A stretch of DNA of 64,000 nt from Blasia pusilla (taxonomy: Eukaryota): NCBI GenBank assembly GCA_050084515.1, contig CM114271.1, positions 43,648,001 through 43,712,000 on the forward strand, in the 5' to 3' direction. Position numbers and translations under genes: made by a program. Under the pieces are notes generated by a model, which was not told the origin of the DNA, made no database searches, and saw only the letters and a list, made by a program, of their open reading frames with translations. Below are positions 19,548 through 31,620 of the stretch, piece after piece. The first letter of the stretch is position 1, and every line of letters begins with the position of its first letter.

Positions 19548-20452
19548 CATCGCTTGACCCAAGACATGACGTCGTGATGCCTCTAGTAGTGACGGTAGTG
19601 TCGTCACTCCTATGGGGAATCCCATCGCTCGCTCTTGCTCATCACCGTTAGGCTCCCCCAACCTCTACACCTTGTCATCCCAAACCAAGCGAGATACGGC
19701 CTCCTTGAATACATAAAAAGCGGGAAAACTCACCAATGTGGGAAAGGCTGCTCGTGGCATGCCAATCCTGTTGACCACAGTCAATGGTGGTCGATCATCG
19801 TACCTCACTGCCTGTGATTGACGGTCCGGATCCAATATAGAATCCATCAACAAATCAAAGGGACACTCCACTCTTGTATAAGCCCTCCGTAACACCTCAT
19901 GTGGCACCAAGTTGGTCCACCAAAGACAAGGGCGATGTGCTCGTAAACCCACACTCGCCGCATCCAACAAAACTGTCGGGCTGATCCACGCACTTGATGT
20001 GCACTCGTCACCACACGGGACCTCGAATCGGCACATTCTCCAGAATTTATGCATGAGGACTAGATTGATGCTCTTGCAAGTGTCGCAAGATCCCCATCAT
20101 TTCCCAAAATAACTTGGACCAAGAGTCAACTAATCCACTACCCCGTCCATCACTCAACTGGCCCCGACATGGCCAACCAGCAATGACCAAGTTTATGGTC
20201 CCTACCCGCTCCAAGTCCTGCACCCCCAACAATGAAATATCCGTTGGTAGGGAGCTCTGGTTACCCTGAATGGCAGACGCACACAACAAGTCGGGAAAAT
20301 GGAGGCATAACTGCGCCACATGGTGAAGTAAAGCGCCCCTTGCAACATCATCAATCTCCACATATAGAAACTATTGCACGCGCACTCTAGCTTGCAAAAA
20401 AACAACTAACCCTGTGTTGATCCCTCCAAAGAGATCCAACACCCAAATACCC
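19548..20452 (-). pseudogene. C5 cytosine methyltransferase domain of gypsy copy A
   Basis: VLDLFGGINTG (motif I), MEIDD (II), DI (III), LVIAGWPCRG (IV), SKLFWE, ILENV (VI), RAHRPCLWWTNL (VIII); cut within motif X by the copia 3' LTR. Confidence 0.88.
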
Positions 20453-23400
20453 TCCTCTGGGATACACCACACAATCGGGGTGGTGTCCAAAGGGGTCAAA
20501 GGAGAACTCATGGCTACCAGGGGGTTCCTTTGACCCATCACACTCTAGTGCAAGTATCTCGCTCCACGTGGTCTGCACATGCTCAATGGCTAAGCATCGG
20601 TTTTTTTGCCTTTTTTTTGTCTAACAGTCCCCCTGGGGCCCTATCTGACAAGGCCCTTGGGGGGATTGTCATGAAGCTCCTCAGTCAAACCCCAAAGGGG
20701 CACCTCTCCTGCACAGACTAATGCCGCTATCATGACACTCCTCTCCATAGAAATGTCAGGAACGGGAGTATCCTCTACATGGACATGTCCCTCAATCAAA
20801 TCACTAGGCTAAGTGATGGCATTGCTAAATACTGCTAAGGTCGCCATCTCTCATGGCTGTTGCTCGATCACTGCACGTGTGAATCGAATGGGTAATGAGC
20901 TAAGGCGCCCCTCACCTGACTACCATCCTGGTATGTAGGATGATGACTCCTCCCAATAATCCAGGGAAATCCCATCGGGTATAACACTGCTCCACCAACC
21001 AAGACGTCGTAGGACTCTACATTAGTCACTATCGCCTTGGCTCACACTAGTGACTCATCTATAGGATGTCCCGGGTGAATCCTCACCACGACCTCCTATC
21101 GGGTGATATATTATATGGTACTCACTCCACCCAAGGATGTATGTATCCGGAATGGACAACGCTCCACATCGGCTCTCGTCAAGCCCAATCCTCTGAATGA
21201 CGCTTTCCCAACATCAGGGGTCGCACTCCTGAATCCAACAAAACGTGTTGCGGACTAAAAGCTCTACCTCCGGGACTCGCCAACTAGAAGACCTCTCCCC
21301 GGTTTTCTAGTAACACAACATCACAAGAAGCCATGGCACGCTCTATTGCGGGTCTAGCGAGCATCTCCGCCATCCTAGTAGCCGCAACCTGTTATGAATT
21401 TGACGTGGAGGGCCTGAGCATCCACTCCAAGGGCAGGTCCATCACCTCCTCTGCAATCACCTCTGAACGTGATGCAGGAACTCCAACTCCACGCTCACAT
21501 AGCGAAGCGGCGAGCCAGAACATCTCGGTGGGTGTACCTCCCAATGTCATAACATTGGAAGCAGAAAATAGCAGAGCACCATACACCATCGTGGCCGTCC
21601 CCAACATCGTACTCGATACATGCTCCTCATGAGCATCAACAATAGGAGTCGTCGCACTCATTTCTCCCATTTCCCTCCGTGCCTGCACACCAATAACATC
21701 ACCTACTCAACGGAAACTCTGATCATGACCCATCAATGGGGTCCTCATTGCCTCGGACAACGTGAAAGACTGAGGAAGCCTGGTTTGTTTCTTGGCTCCC
21801 CTTGGATGTGGACCCAACTCTGCAGCTGCTCCACATGTCATAACTGCGGCGGCCTCCATCTAGGCAACTCCGCACATCCAACCATGATCTTCCATATCTC
21901 TGGTTGCTCCATATGATGTCGATGCCACGGATCCGGCATTGGGTAACAGGAATGCCATAGCGGAAATCTGCTCCTATAGCTACGGTATGTGAGCAGCCAT
22001 CCTAGCCTCACGCCCGGCGTCTTCCTCTGTCGGGAAACTCCAGCTCCTCGTCCCCCAATGGGACCACCTGGTGCACGATGTCTAGCCCACCCGGATCGGA
22101 TACTCGCTCTAGTGCCCTTTTTGGCCCTTGGTCCGGACGTAACTGAGGGTGTAAATTGAAACACCTGGCGCATGTGTGACCATAACTCTGAAAATAGTCA
22201 CATTGATAACCTCCTGATGCAACACCATCTCCTCCTCCATGTTGAGGCACACGTCCTTGATCTTGACGAGTGCAATCGCGCTGATGATGGGCTCCACCAC
22301 ATGACCAACAAGTAATCGTAGGCAGTTGCTGTTGAGCCGCATATGAAGGCGCATGTCTCTGTGGCATGGCCTCCCGGTATCCTCCTTAAGTTCTTGGTGC
22401 CACAGTCAACCTATCTTGGAGTCCACGTTGCTGCACTAGTGGTGTAGGCAATCGTGACTGCTCTCGCCCAAAACCCATGGTGGCTACACTCTCCTCCGCC
22501 ATGTTGCGCTCAATATTCTCAGCGGTCCTAAAAACATCTCTCAACGTAGGTGAGATGTTCATAAGAAGTACCCCTTCCCGCACCCGTGTCCGCAGGTCCA
22601 GTCCAGCATCGCGTACCATAATTGGATAGCATGAGCCTCTGTCATCCCCTGAGTGATGTTGATCAACCGGTGCAAGCCATTGTAAGCCTCACGCAAACTC
22701 TCACCCAGGCACCTCTAGAAGTCGTGGATGCTCCGCAACTTCTCCGTCTGTACCCCATGGTAGCTCGCCCTCAACTGAACGAAGAACTCAACCATGGGGT
22801 TGAACCGGGACGAACCCGACTGGACGGTGCAACTGCTCCAGTGCGAGTTACCCCTCCTATAACATCACTGGTGGAAGAGGAAGTAGCCTATCCTGACTCC
22901 TTCTCCTCATCTGGAACGGACCCGTCCATGACACATAGTGTGGGTCATAGTAGAATCGCCATGCCTCAATCTCTTGGGCATATATGTGGGAAAAATCATG
23001 GTAATCGTCCATAGGTGCCCCTCTAGATGCTGGAGCATACCGTTCCATGCTGTAAATGGGTTGAACTATCTAGAGTTCCTAGCCCGCTGTGAGTCGCACC
23101 AACCCCTAAACTCCATGATGAAGTCGTGCAACTCTATCGTGCCTACTGCATTTGAGAACCTATGCGGTCCTCTTCCCCGGTCGTCCATCTTGTACGCCCA
23201 AGAAATAGAACTACTCAATGTTAGTGGCTAAGCATTACTTAACTCCTCTACACCCTCCTCCTTGTTTGAAGATGACATAGAAGGAGATCGAGGTGGTCCC
23301 GCACGTGGAGACCCTCGAAACCTCGCGCCACTCCGTGTAAATCCTCTAGAGCTACTCTTCGGTCCACCACCTCGCCTCTCAAAGTCTTGAAAGGACGTCG

Positions 23401-26400
23401 TGATGACCCTCCTGCCCCCCTCACACAATCACTCTCAACCTCGCGAGTAATCACGCAATCACTTAATCTAACATGCGGCACTCAAGCTACAGTCTCTCAT
23501 CGAGACGTGAACTATGCAGCAACAAGCGGCATGGTGCGAAAAATCAACTGATCTATAGTCTCATCGATAAACCATCCTCAACTCTGGACATCCCACACAG
23601 GTCTATGTGCCCTCAACCCATACGTCATCGATACTCTCAACATCAGCACGAAACCCAATATCCCAAATAACTTCACGATACCCGAAATTCCCTCATACGT
23701 GTAGGGTAAGAGACCAGAATGGGTAACCAAACAATAATCTCGATGTCGTTCCTCGCCAACTACAAATCTTGACCCCACCTTGGTCGTGAAGACAACTCCT
23801 CCTTAGCAAGTCATACTCCTCTCTTACTGATTCTGCTCAAACCTCCTCAAGATGTGGTGCGGATCCAACAGTACGATGCAGCACTAGCGGCACGGAACCG
23901 CTACAGAATGGCACAACACTCGATAATGGGATGCGGCACTCCGCGGCATACCCTCCGCAATCAGCAATTCACATGCTCTGCTCCTTAGTGAAGGAGCAGC
24001 TCTGCGATCGAGATGGTGCAGCGCGGCCACGAGCGGCATGGCGTGGCAATCGGCGGCGCGTTGCGGATACGGGCGTCATGGCACGGCACTCGATCGTCGT
24101 TGAGCGGCTAACAATCACAACATAGCAAACTGAAATGAAAACTCAAACACCATAATCCGAGGTCACCTAACATCATTGGTTGATGACAAAACTACGATGA
24201 CAATGGCGGCCAAAAAAAATTACGTGGTGTGGGTGCAAGTCAGAGAATCAACAGTCGTCGTGGAAGACCCTCCACTCCGTAATGGGGGCAATAGCAACCA
24301 AGGGTGGACAACGGCCGAACGCGGCTCTGAGCAGCGCTAGGTGAAAGCGGCGAACGAAGATGGACGGTGGACCATTGATGATAATGATGGACCTTTGACA
24401 CTGAAAATTGATCGTTGATGGTGATAGTTAACTGTTGACATTGACTATGATGGAAACGGCCACCGCCGGCACGGCAGCTAGTTTAGGGTTTGAACAATTT
24501 TACACTAAAAATTTCCTAGCAATGGAAATTTTGCAAAATTGACTATAACTTTTTGCTCACAACTCCAAATTATGTACAGTTTATTGCACACATGCACAGC
24601 TTCATGATCTACGACAATATCAAAAAATATTTTGAATCAAACATTCCAGTAAAAATTGACAGGGATTGTCGTAAAGCCCAACATCTCTTTCTCCTACACA
24701 AAATTTGGCAGCGCTTCCGCGCAGATTTCTCCCAAAAAAATGTAAAACCTATGAAAACACAAATCAACAAGCTACATGGTGCTCCCAAGAGCATCGGCAT
24801 GGGGAAATTCCCTCCCATACTCAATCCCTATAAAAAATTGGGCAGCACTTCCGCACGCCCAATTCTACACGAAAAATCAGCAAAAGAAACATAAAAAAAT
24901 GAGCGGCTCCAACTCCGGTGAGCAATCCCATGAACCGCTCAACGGGGAATACGATCCCCAACCTGAAGCATAAATAATTAGGAAATGATAATATATGTAA
25001 TAAAAAATATCCATAAAATAATACATTCTTGAGTACGTCCGAGAAAGAAGCACCTAACCTAATATAGGTAGATCAACAGTTCATTGAAAAAGAACAAACA
25101 AAAGAGTACAATATTCACAAATAATAATGATAAATAAATAAGGATATTCTAATGATACTTTTAATACTTAAACGTAAAAAATGCCTTATTATTAATTTGT
25201 GTGATTTTTTAAATGACAAAAATAAAATCAATAACCAAATTATCTAAAGTAGTGAGAGTGTGAGCAAAGACGTGAATGAAGAGAGGGCGGGCCATGAGTT
25301 CATAGACAAGACTACTTGTGAACAAAGAGAGGCGGGGCCGCAAGGGCATGAGTTTAGAGATGGCGCGAACGAGGAGAGAGGTTGACGGGAGAGCGCAATT
25401 AGGAGGGGGCGGGGGCGCGAGTTTGGAGACTAAATAGAACTGGGTGAGACAAGTTTCGCAAGTGGCGGAAGAGTAGGTACCTTGATATTCAAGAGTGAAA
25501 GAAGAGGGTGAGATTAGGGCAAAGGGCGAGTTAGGCTTATTCAAATCAAAGCTCAAGTGTCACGTCTTTTAGGATAGATCGGTGAGATCTAATAGAGCGC
25601 CTTTGTGAGTAATAGAAGACAGGCTCAATAGGTCGATGATGACGTGCTGAGGCCTCGAGAAACTTGAGAGAGCAGGTTCCCCCTTCGTTTCGCCTCATTT
25701 GGAGCCATATTCATAAACTTACTATTTTAGATAAGTACCATTTTGAGTATATGATCGACTTTATATTTTTGGTAAGTGGCCCTTGACCTCCTACATCAGG
25801 TCAAGAGCCAAGGAGGTGACTTGGGAGCATAGGTTACCATGGAGAGAGTTTGGGAGAGGGGAGGGGTATACCTCAAGGAGAGAGAGCTTAAGAGCTCATT
25901 CTCTCCTTATTGAACCTCTTGGCATAAGGCGGCAGAGCTACGGTCTTGCTTGCCTTGTGTGTGTAACCCAAGCCTCTCATTAGGAGAGTGGGTTTGATTT
26001 GATATTGAGAGAGATGTGTGAGAGTGCACACATGTGAGAACTATGATGTTGTGAGAGATATTGGATCTTATTTTACAAAGAGAGAATTAGTGAGTGAGAA
26101 AGCTTCATGGGGGAGCTTGCTGGTCACTCGTTGGTTTTTCAAGTTGGGGATCATATTCCCGGTTCAGCGGTTCATGGGAGTGCTCACCGGACCAAGAGCC
26201 GCTTACTTGTGATGTTGCCTTTGCCAATTTTTTGTGTGGAAGAGTGGCGTGCGGAAGCGCTGCCCGATTTTTGTAGGGATTGAGTATGGGGGCGAATTTC
26301 CCCATACTGGTGCTCTCGAGAGCACCGTGTAGCTTTTTGATTTTTATTTTCACACGTTATATATTTTCCTTGGGAGAAATCAACACAGAAGCACTGCCAA

Positions 26401-27015
26401 AATTTATGTAGGAGAAAGAGACGTTGGATTTTACGACAATCCTTGTAAGTTTTTACTCAAATTTCTCCTTCAAAATATTTTTTAACGTTGTTGTAGATCG
26501 TGAAGCTTCGCAGGCTGTGCAACAAACGGTGCATAGGGGACATAGACTTGTGTGGGATGTCTATAGTTGAGGATGGTATATCAATGAGACGATAGATCAG
26601 TTGATTTTCCGCACCACGCCACCTGTTGTTGCACAATACAGGTATAGTGAGAGAGTGTAGATTGAGTACCGCATGTTTAGTTTGAGTGATTGAGGGATTA
26701 CTCGCGAGATTGAGAGTGATCGTGTGAAAGGGGCACGAGGGCCATCACGACGTTCTTTCGTGATTTTGAGAGGCAAGGTAGTGGACCCGAGAATAGCTTT
26801 GAAGGGTTTACCCAAAGTGGTGTGAGGTTTTGAGGGTCTCCACGTGAGAGACCACCTTGATCTTCTTTTGTGTCGTCTTCAGACAAGGGGGAGCATGTAG
26901 AGGATTGTGTTAGTGATCCACCCTCCATATTGAGTGGTCCTACCAGTTGGGCGTACGAGAGGCAAGACCGAGATAGAGGACCGCATAGGTTTTCGGGTAT
27001 TGTAGACACTATAGA

Positions 27016-28016
27016 TGTCGCGACCCTTATGACCAAACGAGTGCCAAGCGGAACATCGGAACATTAGCGGGCTCACGCTAAGATGGTTTGCGCGTTGGAG
27101 TAGTCTCAAAGAGGAGACAAGAGATGAGACGCGAGTGAGGCTTCGCGTTTCAGATGTTGTGGTCGCGATCAAGAAACCTGGACCAAACGCGAATGAGACT
27201 TGAAAGAAGTCGAGTCTAGGAAGTGGGTTGCCAAAGGAAGGATCCGGATTTGGAACACCACTAGCGTTTAAGAGTTTCCGATTGTATTTATGGCCATAAC
27301 TTTTAGCGCCAAGATGCGTTTGGATTAAATAAGGGTGCGTTGGAAATCTTGTAGAAAGCCGGTTCAAACACACCAAAGAATGCTGGAAACGCATAAGCAG
27401 CGGCTGAGAAAAAACCCGGAAACGATTGTAAGTGGAGTCGGGTTGAGGGCCACAATGAAGGGCCCGACCCTCCTTTTCCAAAGGGGGGGGTTATTGGAGA
27501 ACCCCAGAAGTACTAGTAAGGGGGAAGGTCTTCGAGAGTGCTTGGAACCCAAACCCCACTTTGGGCGCCGCGGGGCGGCTCAAGGGCATGGAACGGAACG
27601 CGAGTTTGGGGGTTGGGTTGGAAAACCTGCACCAAGTCCATTGAGGTGATTTTAGACATCCCTCTTGGATTTCACCCCGCGACTCAATTACTTGGGTCTC
27701 GGTTTGGAACTCCCACGAGGACTGTTGAACAGTTGGGATCGCTAGGCGCGCGGGTGCCATTTCAGATCCCTGGACTATCTAGGAAGTCTGTTCCAAGTCT
27801 TGAAGGACTTGCCATGTTTTGGAAACTAGGACCTAAGGAAGGTTGAGCTTGATGAGACGCCGAGTTGAGGACTCGGTGGGTTGGAACGCTGGTCGACCCA
27901 GACCCGACTAACGAGAGTGCGTGTTTGGGTGCAGATCGGCGATGAGTTCGTGACCTACTGAACGTACGCTTCCGAAACACTAAAGATTGACGTTCAAGGA
28001 GAGTAGGGGCACGACA
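27016..28016. mobile_element. Solo LTR (1001 bp) inserted in gag of gypsy copy B
   Basis: TGTCGCG...CACGACA termini, exact 5-bp target duplication ATAGA (27011-27015 and 28017-28021); the site is empty in copy A (about 23130). Confidence 0.92.
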
Positions 28017-30678
28017 ATAGAGCTATATGACTTCACTGCAGAGTTTAGAGTTGGTGTGACTCACAACGGGCTAGGAACTCTAGAAAGTTCAACCTATTTA
28101 TTGCATGGAACGGTATGTTCCAGCATTTAGAGGGGGAACCCATGGACGATTACCATGAGTTCTCCCATAGATATACCTAGGAGATTGAGGCATGGCGACT
28201 CTACTATGACCCACACTATGTGTCATGGATAGTGCCGTTTCCAGATGAGGAGGAGGAGTCAAGAGAGGCTACTTCCTCTTCCACTAGTGATGTTTTGGGA
28301 GGGGTCACTCGCACTAGAGCAGTTGCACCATCTAGTCGGGTTCATCCCACATTTACCCCCGTGGTTGAGTTCTTCGCTGAGTTGAGGGCGAGCTACCAAG
28401 GGGTACGGACGGAAAAGTTACAGAGCATCCATGACTTCCAGAGGCGCCCGGGTGAGAGTTTGCCTGAGGCTTACACTCGCTTACGTTGGTTGATCAACGT
28501 CACTTAGGGGATGATAGAGGCTCAGGCTATCTAGATGGTACACGATGCTGGAAGGGACCCTACGGACACGGGTGCGGGAGGGGTGCTTCTTATCAACACC
28601 TCCCCTACATTGAGAGATGGTTTTAGGACCGCCGAGAATATTGATCGCAACATGGCGGAGGAGAGCATAGCATCCATGGGTTCTGGGCGAGAGCCATCAC
28701 GATTGTCTGCACCACAAGTGCATCAACGTGGACTCCGAGATAGGTCAACTATGGCACCACGAGCTTAGGGAGGATATCGGGAGGCCGTGCCACAAGGACT
28801 TGCGCTTGCATATGCGGCTCAGCAGCAGCCACCTACAATTGCTTGTTGGTCATGTGGTGGAGCCCATCATCAGCGTGATTGCAGTCGTCAAGATCATGGA
28901 CGTATTCCTCAGTATGGAGGAGGAGACGGTGTTGCACCAGGAGATTATCAATGTGAGTGTTGTCAGAGGTATGGTCACACATGCGTCAGGTGTTTCAATT
29001 TACACCTTGAGTTATGTCCGGACGGAGGGCCAGAGAGGGCACTAGAGCGAGTAGTCGGTCCGGTGGGCTAGAGATTGTGCATTAGGTGGTCCCGTTGGGG
29101 GACGAGGACCTAGAGTAACCCGACAGGGTGGTGGAGTTGCCCGTGGAGGAGGTAGAGTCCCACCACCTAGAGGCATTGAGGGAGATGCCGGACGTGAGGC
29201 TGGGATGGCTGCTCATATATAGCAGCTACAAGAGCATATTGCCACTATGGCATTGAGGTTACCCGATGCTAGATCCATGGCATCAACATCATATGGAGCA
29301 GCCAAAGATATGGAGGATCTTGGTTGGATGTGGGGGGTTGCCCAGATGGAGGCCGCCGCAGTTGTGACGCGTGGAGCAGTCGTAGAGTTGGATCCACAGT
29401 GAGGGGAAGCCAGGAAATAGACGAGGCTTCCTTAGTCTTTCACGTTGTTTGAGGCAATGAGGATCCCATCGATGGGTCGTGATCAGAGTTCCTAGAGAGT
29501 TCATGATGTTATTGGTGTGCAAGCACGGAGAAAGATGGGAGAAACGAGTGCGAAGACTCCTATTACTGATGTTCAGGAGGAGCATGTGTCAAGCACGTTG
29601 TTGGAGGCGGCCACTATTGTGTACCAGGCTCCTTTGTTTTCTCCTTCCGATGTTATGAGGTTGGGAATTACGCCCGCGGAGGTTTCCTGGCTGGCCGCTA
29701 CGCTATGTGAGCATGGAGTTGGAGTTCCTACATCATGTTCAGAGGTGATTGCAGAGGAGGTGATGGACCTGTTCTTGGAGCGGATGCTCGGGCCATCCAC
29801 GTCAGATTCATGGTAGGCTGCGGTTGCTAGGATGGCGGAGATGCCCGCTAGACCCGCGATAGAGCGGGCTATGGCTTCTCCTGGTGTTGTGTTGCTGGAT
29901 AACCAGGGAGATGTCTTCCAGTTGGCGAGTCTAGGAGGTAGAGCTTTTAGTCCGCAACGCGTCTTGTTGGATTCAAGAGCGCAACCCCTGATGTTGGGGA
30001 AAGCATCATTCAAAGGATTGGGCTTGACGAGAGCCGATATGGAGCATGGTCCATTCTGGATACACACATCCTTGGGTGGAGCAAATACCACACAGTATAT
30101 CACCCGACATGAGATTATGGTGAGGATTCGCCGAGATATCCTATAGATGAGTCCGTGGTGGGAGCCAAGGCGATAGTGACCAATGCAGAGTCCTACGACG
30201 TCTTGGTTGGTGAAGCACTGTTGTACCCAATGGGGTTTTCCCTGGATTACTGGGAGGAGTCAGCATCCTATAGACCAAGATGGCAATTGGTGATGATCGA
30301 ATTTGTTCATTACTTGTTCGATTCACAGGTGGAATGGTCGATTGACGGCTAGGAGAGATGGCAACTTTAGCAGCATTTAGGAGTGTCATCACGTGGCCTT
30401 CTAATTTGATTGAGGGGCATGTCCATTTAGAGGATATCCCCGCGCCTACCACTTCTAGGAAGAGGAGTGTCATGATACCCGCATCATTCCTTGGAGGAGA
30501 GGTGCCGCTATGGGGCTCGACTGAGGAGCTCCGACGTTTATCTGATGAGCATGTGCAGACCGCGTGGAGTGAGGCGTTTGCATCTGAGCATGACAGATTA
30601 GAGGAACCCGAGGTAGCCAGGAGTGCTGCTATAACCCCTTTGGACACCACCCCGATTGTGTGGTGCATCCTAGAGAAG

Positions 30679-31620
30679 GGTATTTGCGTGCTGGTTCTCT
30701 TTGGAGGGATCAACACTGGTTTAATTGTTGTTTTACAGGCAGGAGTGTGCATGCAACCGTACCTATACGTTGAGATTGATGATGTTGCAAGGCGCGCTTC
30801 ACTTCACCATGTGGCGCAGTTATGCCTTCGATTTCTCGACTTGTTGTCTGCGTCCGCCATCCAGAGATACCAGAGTTCCCTACTGAGCGACATTTCATTG
30901 CTGGGGGCGCACGACTTGGAGCGGGTAGGGGCCATAGAGTTGGTCATTGCTGGTTGGCCGTGTCAAGGCCAATCGAGTGCTGGACGAGGTAGCGGGTTTG
31001 CTGATACTCGGTCCAGGTTGTTTTGGGAGATTATGCAGATTTTACGACACTTGAAGGAGCATCAATCTCGTTCTCCAACATACATTTTGGAGAATGTGCA
31101 GCTTTTGGGCGATTCGAGGTCCCGCGTGGTGACGAGTGTACATCAGGTGCGCGCATGGATTGGCCCGGCAGTGTTTTTTGATGTGGTGAGTGTAGGTTCT
31201 AGAGCATACCGCCTGCGTCTTTGGTAGACCAACTTGGTCCCACATGAGATTTTGCGCAGGGCGTAAGCTAGAGTGGAGCGCCCCTCCGATTTGTTGGTGG
31301 ATTCTATTATGGATCCAGGTCATTGATCACAAGCAATGAGGCACAATGATCAATTGCCATTGACTATGGTCAACATGATTGGTATGCCAAGGGAATACTT
31401 TCCCACATTTGTGAGTTTTCTTGCTTCCTATACATTCAAGGAGGCCAAACCTAGCTTGGTTTGGGATGACCATGTATAGAGGTTGGTGGAGCCCAATGCC
31501 GATGAGCAAGAGCAAGTGATGGGATTCCCCACCAGAGTGATGGCAATACCATCACTATCAGAGGCATCACGACGTCATGTCTTGGGTCATGCGATGGACC
31601 TAAACTGCTTAACATGGACT
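30679..31620 (+). pseudogene. C5 cytosine methyltransferase domain (DNMT3/DRM-like motifs, non-permuted order) of gypsy copy B
   Basis: One reading frame: LFGGINTG (I), YVEIDD (II), SDI (III), LVIAGWPCQGQS (IV, catalytic Cys), RSRLFWE, ILENV (VI), RAYRLRLW*TNL (VIII), EQEQVMGFP (IX), SRRHVLGHAMD (X). Four in-frame stops (31225, 31264, 31324, 31477) and no frameshift. Confidence 0.92.

Larger units (their letters stand above)
12190..24970 (-). mobile_element. Ty3/gypsy LTR retrotransposon carrying a C5 DNA methyltransferase and PHD finger, copy A (decayed, interrupted, RT/RH deleted, 5' LTR absent)
   Basis: Reverse-complement homologue of 25558-35310: gag with CWSCGGAHHQRDC (about 22300), protease VLLDSG (about 21230), MTase (19548-20452), integrase RHAHEELG..YWWRGM..CMVC (14022-14408), PHD (13149-13283), 3' LTR at 12190-12832. 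Confidence 0.9.

Noticed and set aside
30358-31227. Stand-alone host DNMT gene or bacterial restriction-modification methylase
   Set aside because: Intronless, colinear with protease and RT inside LTRs and present in both element copies; no endonuclease or bacterial context.
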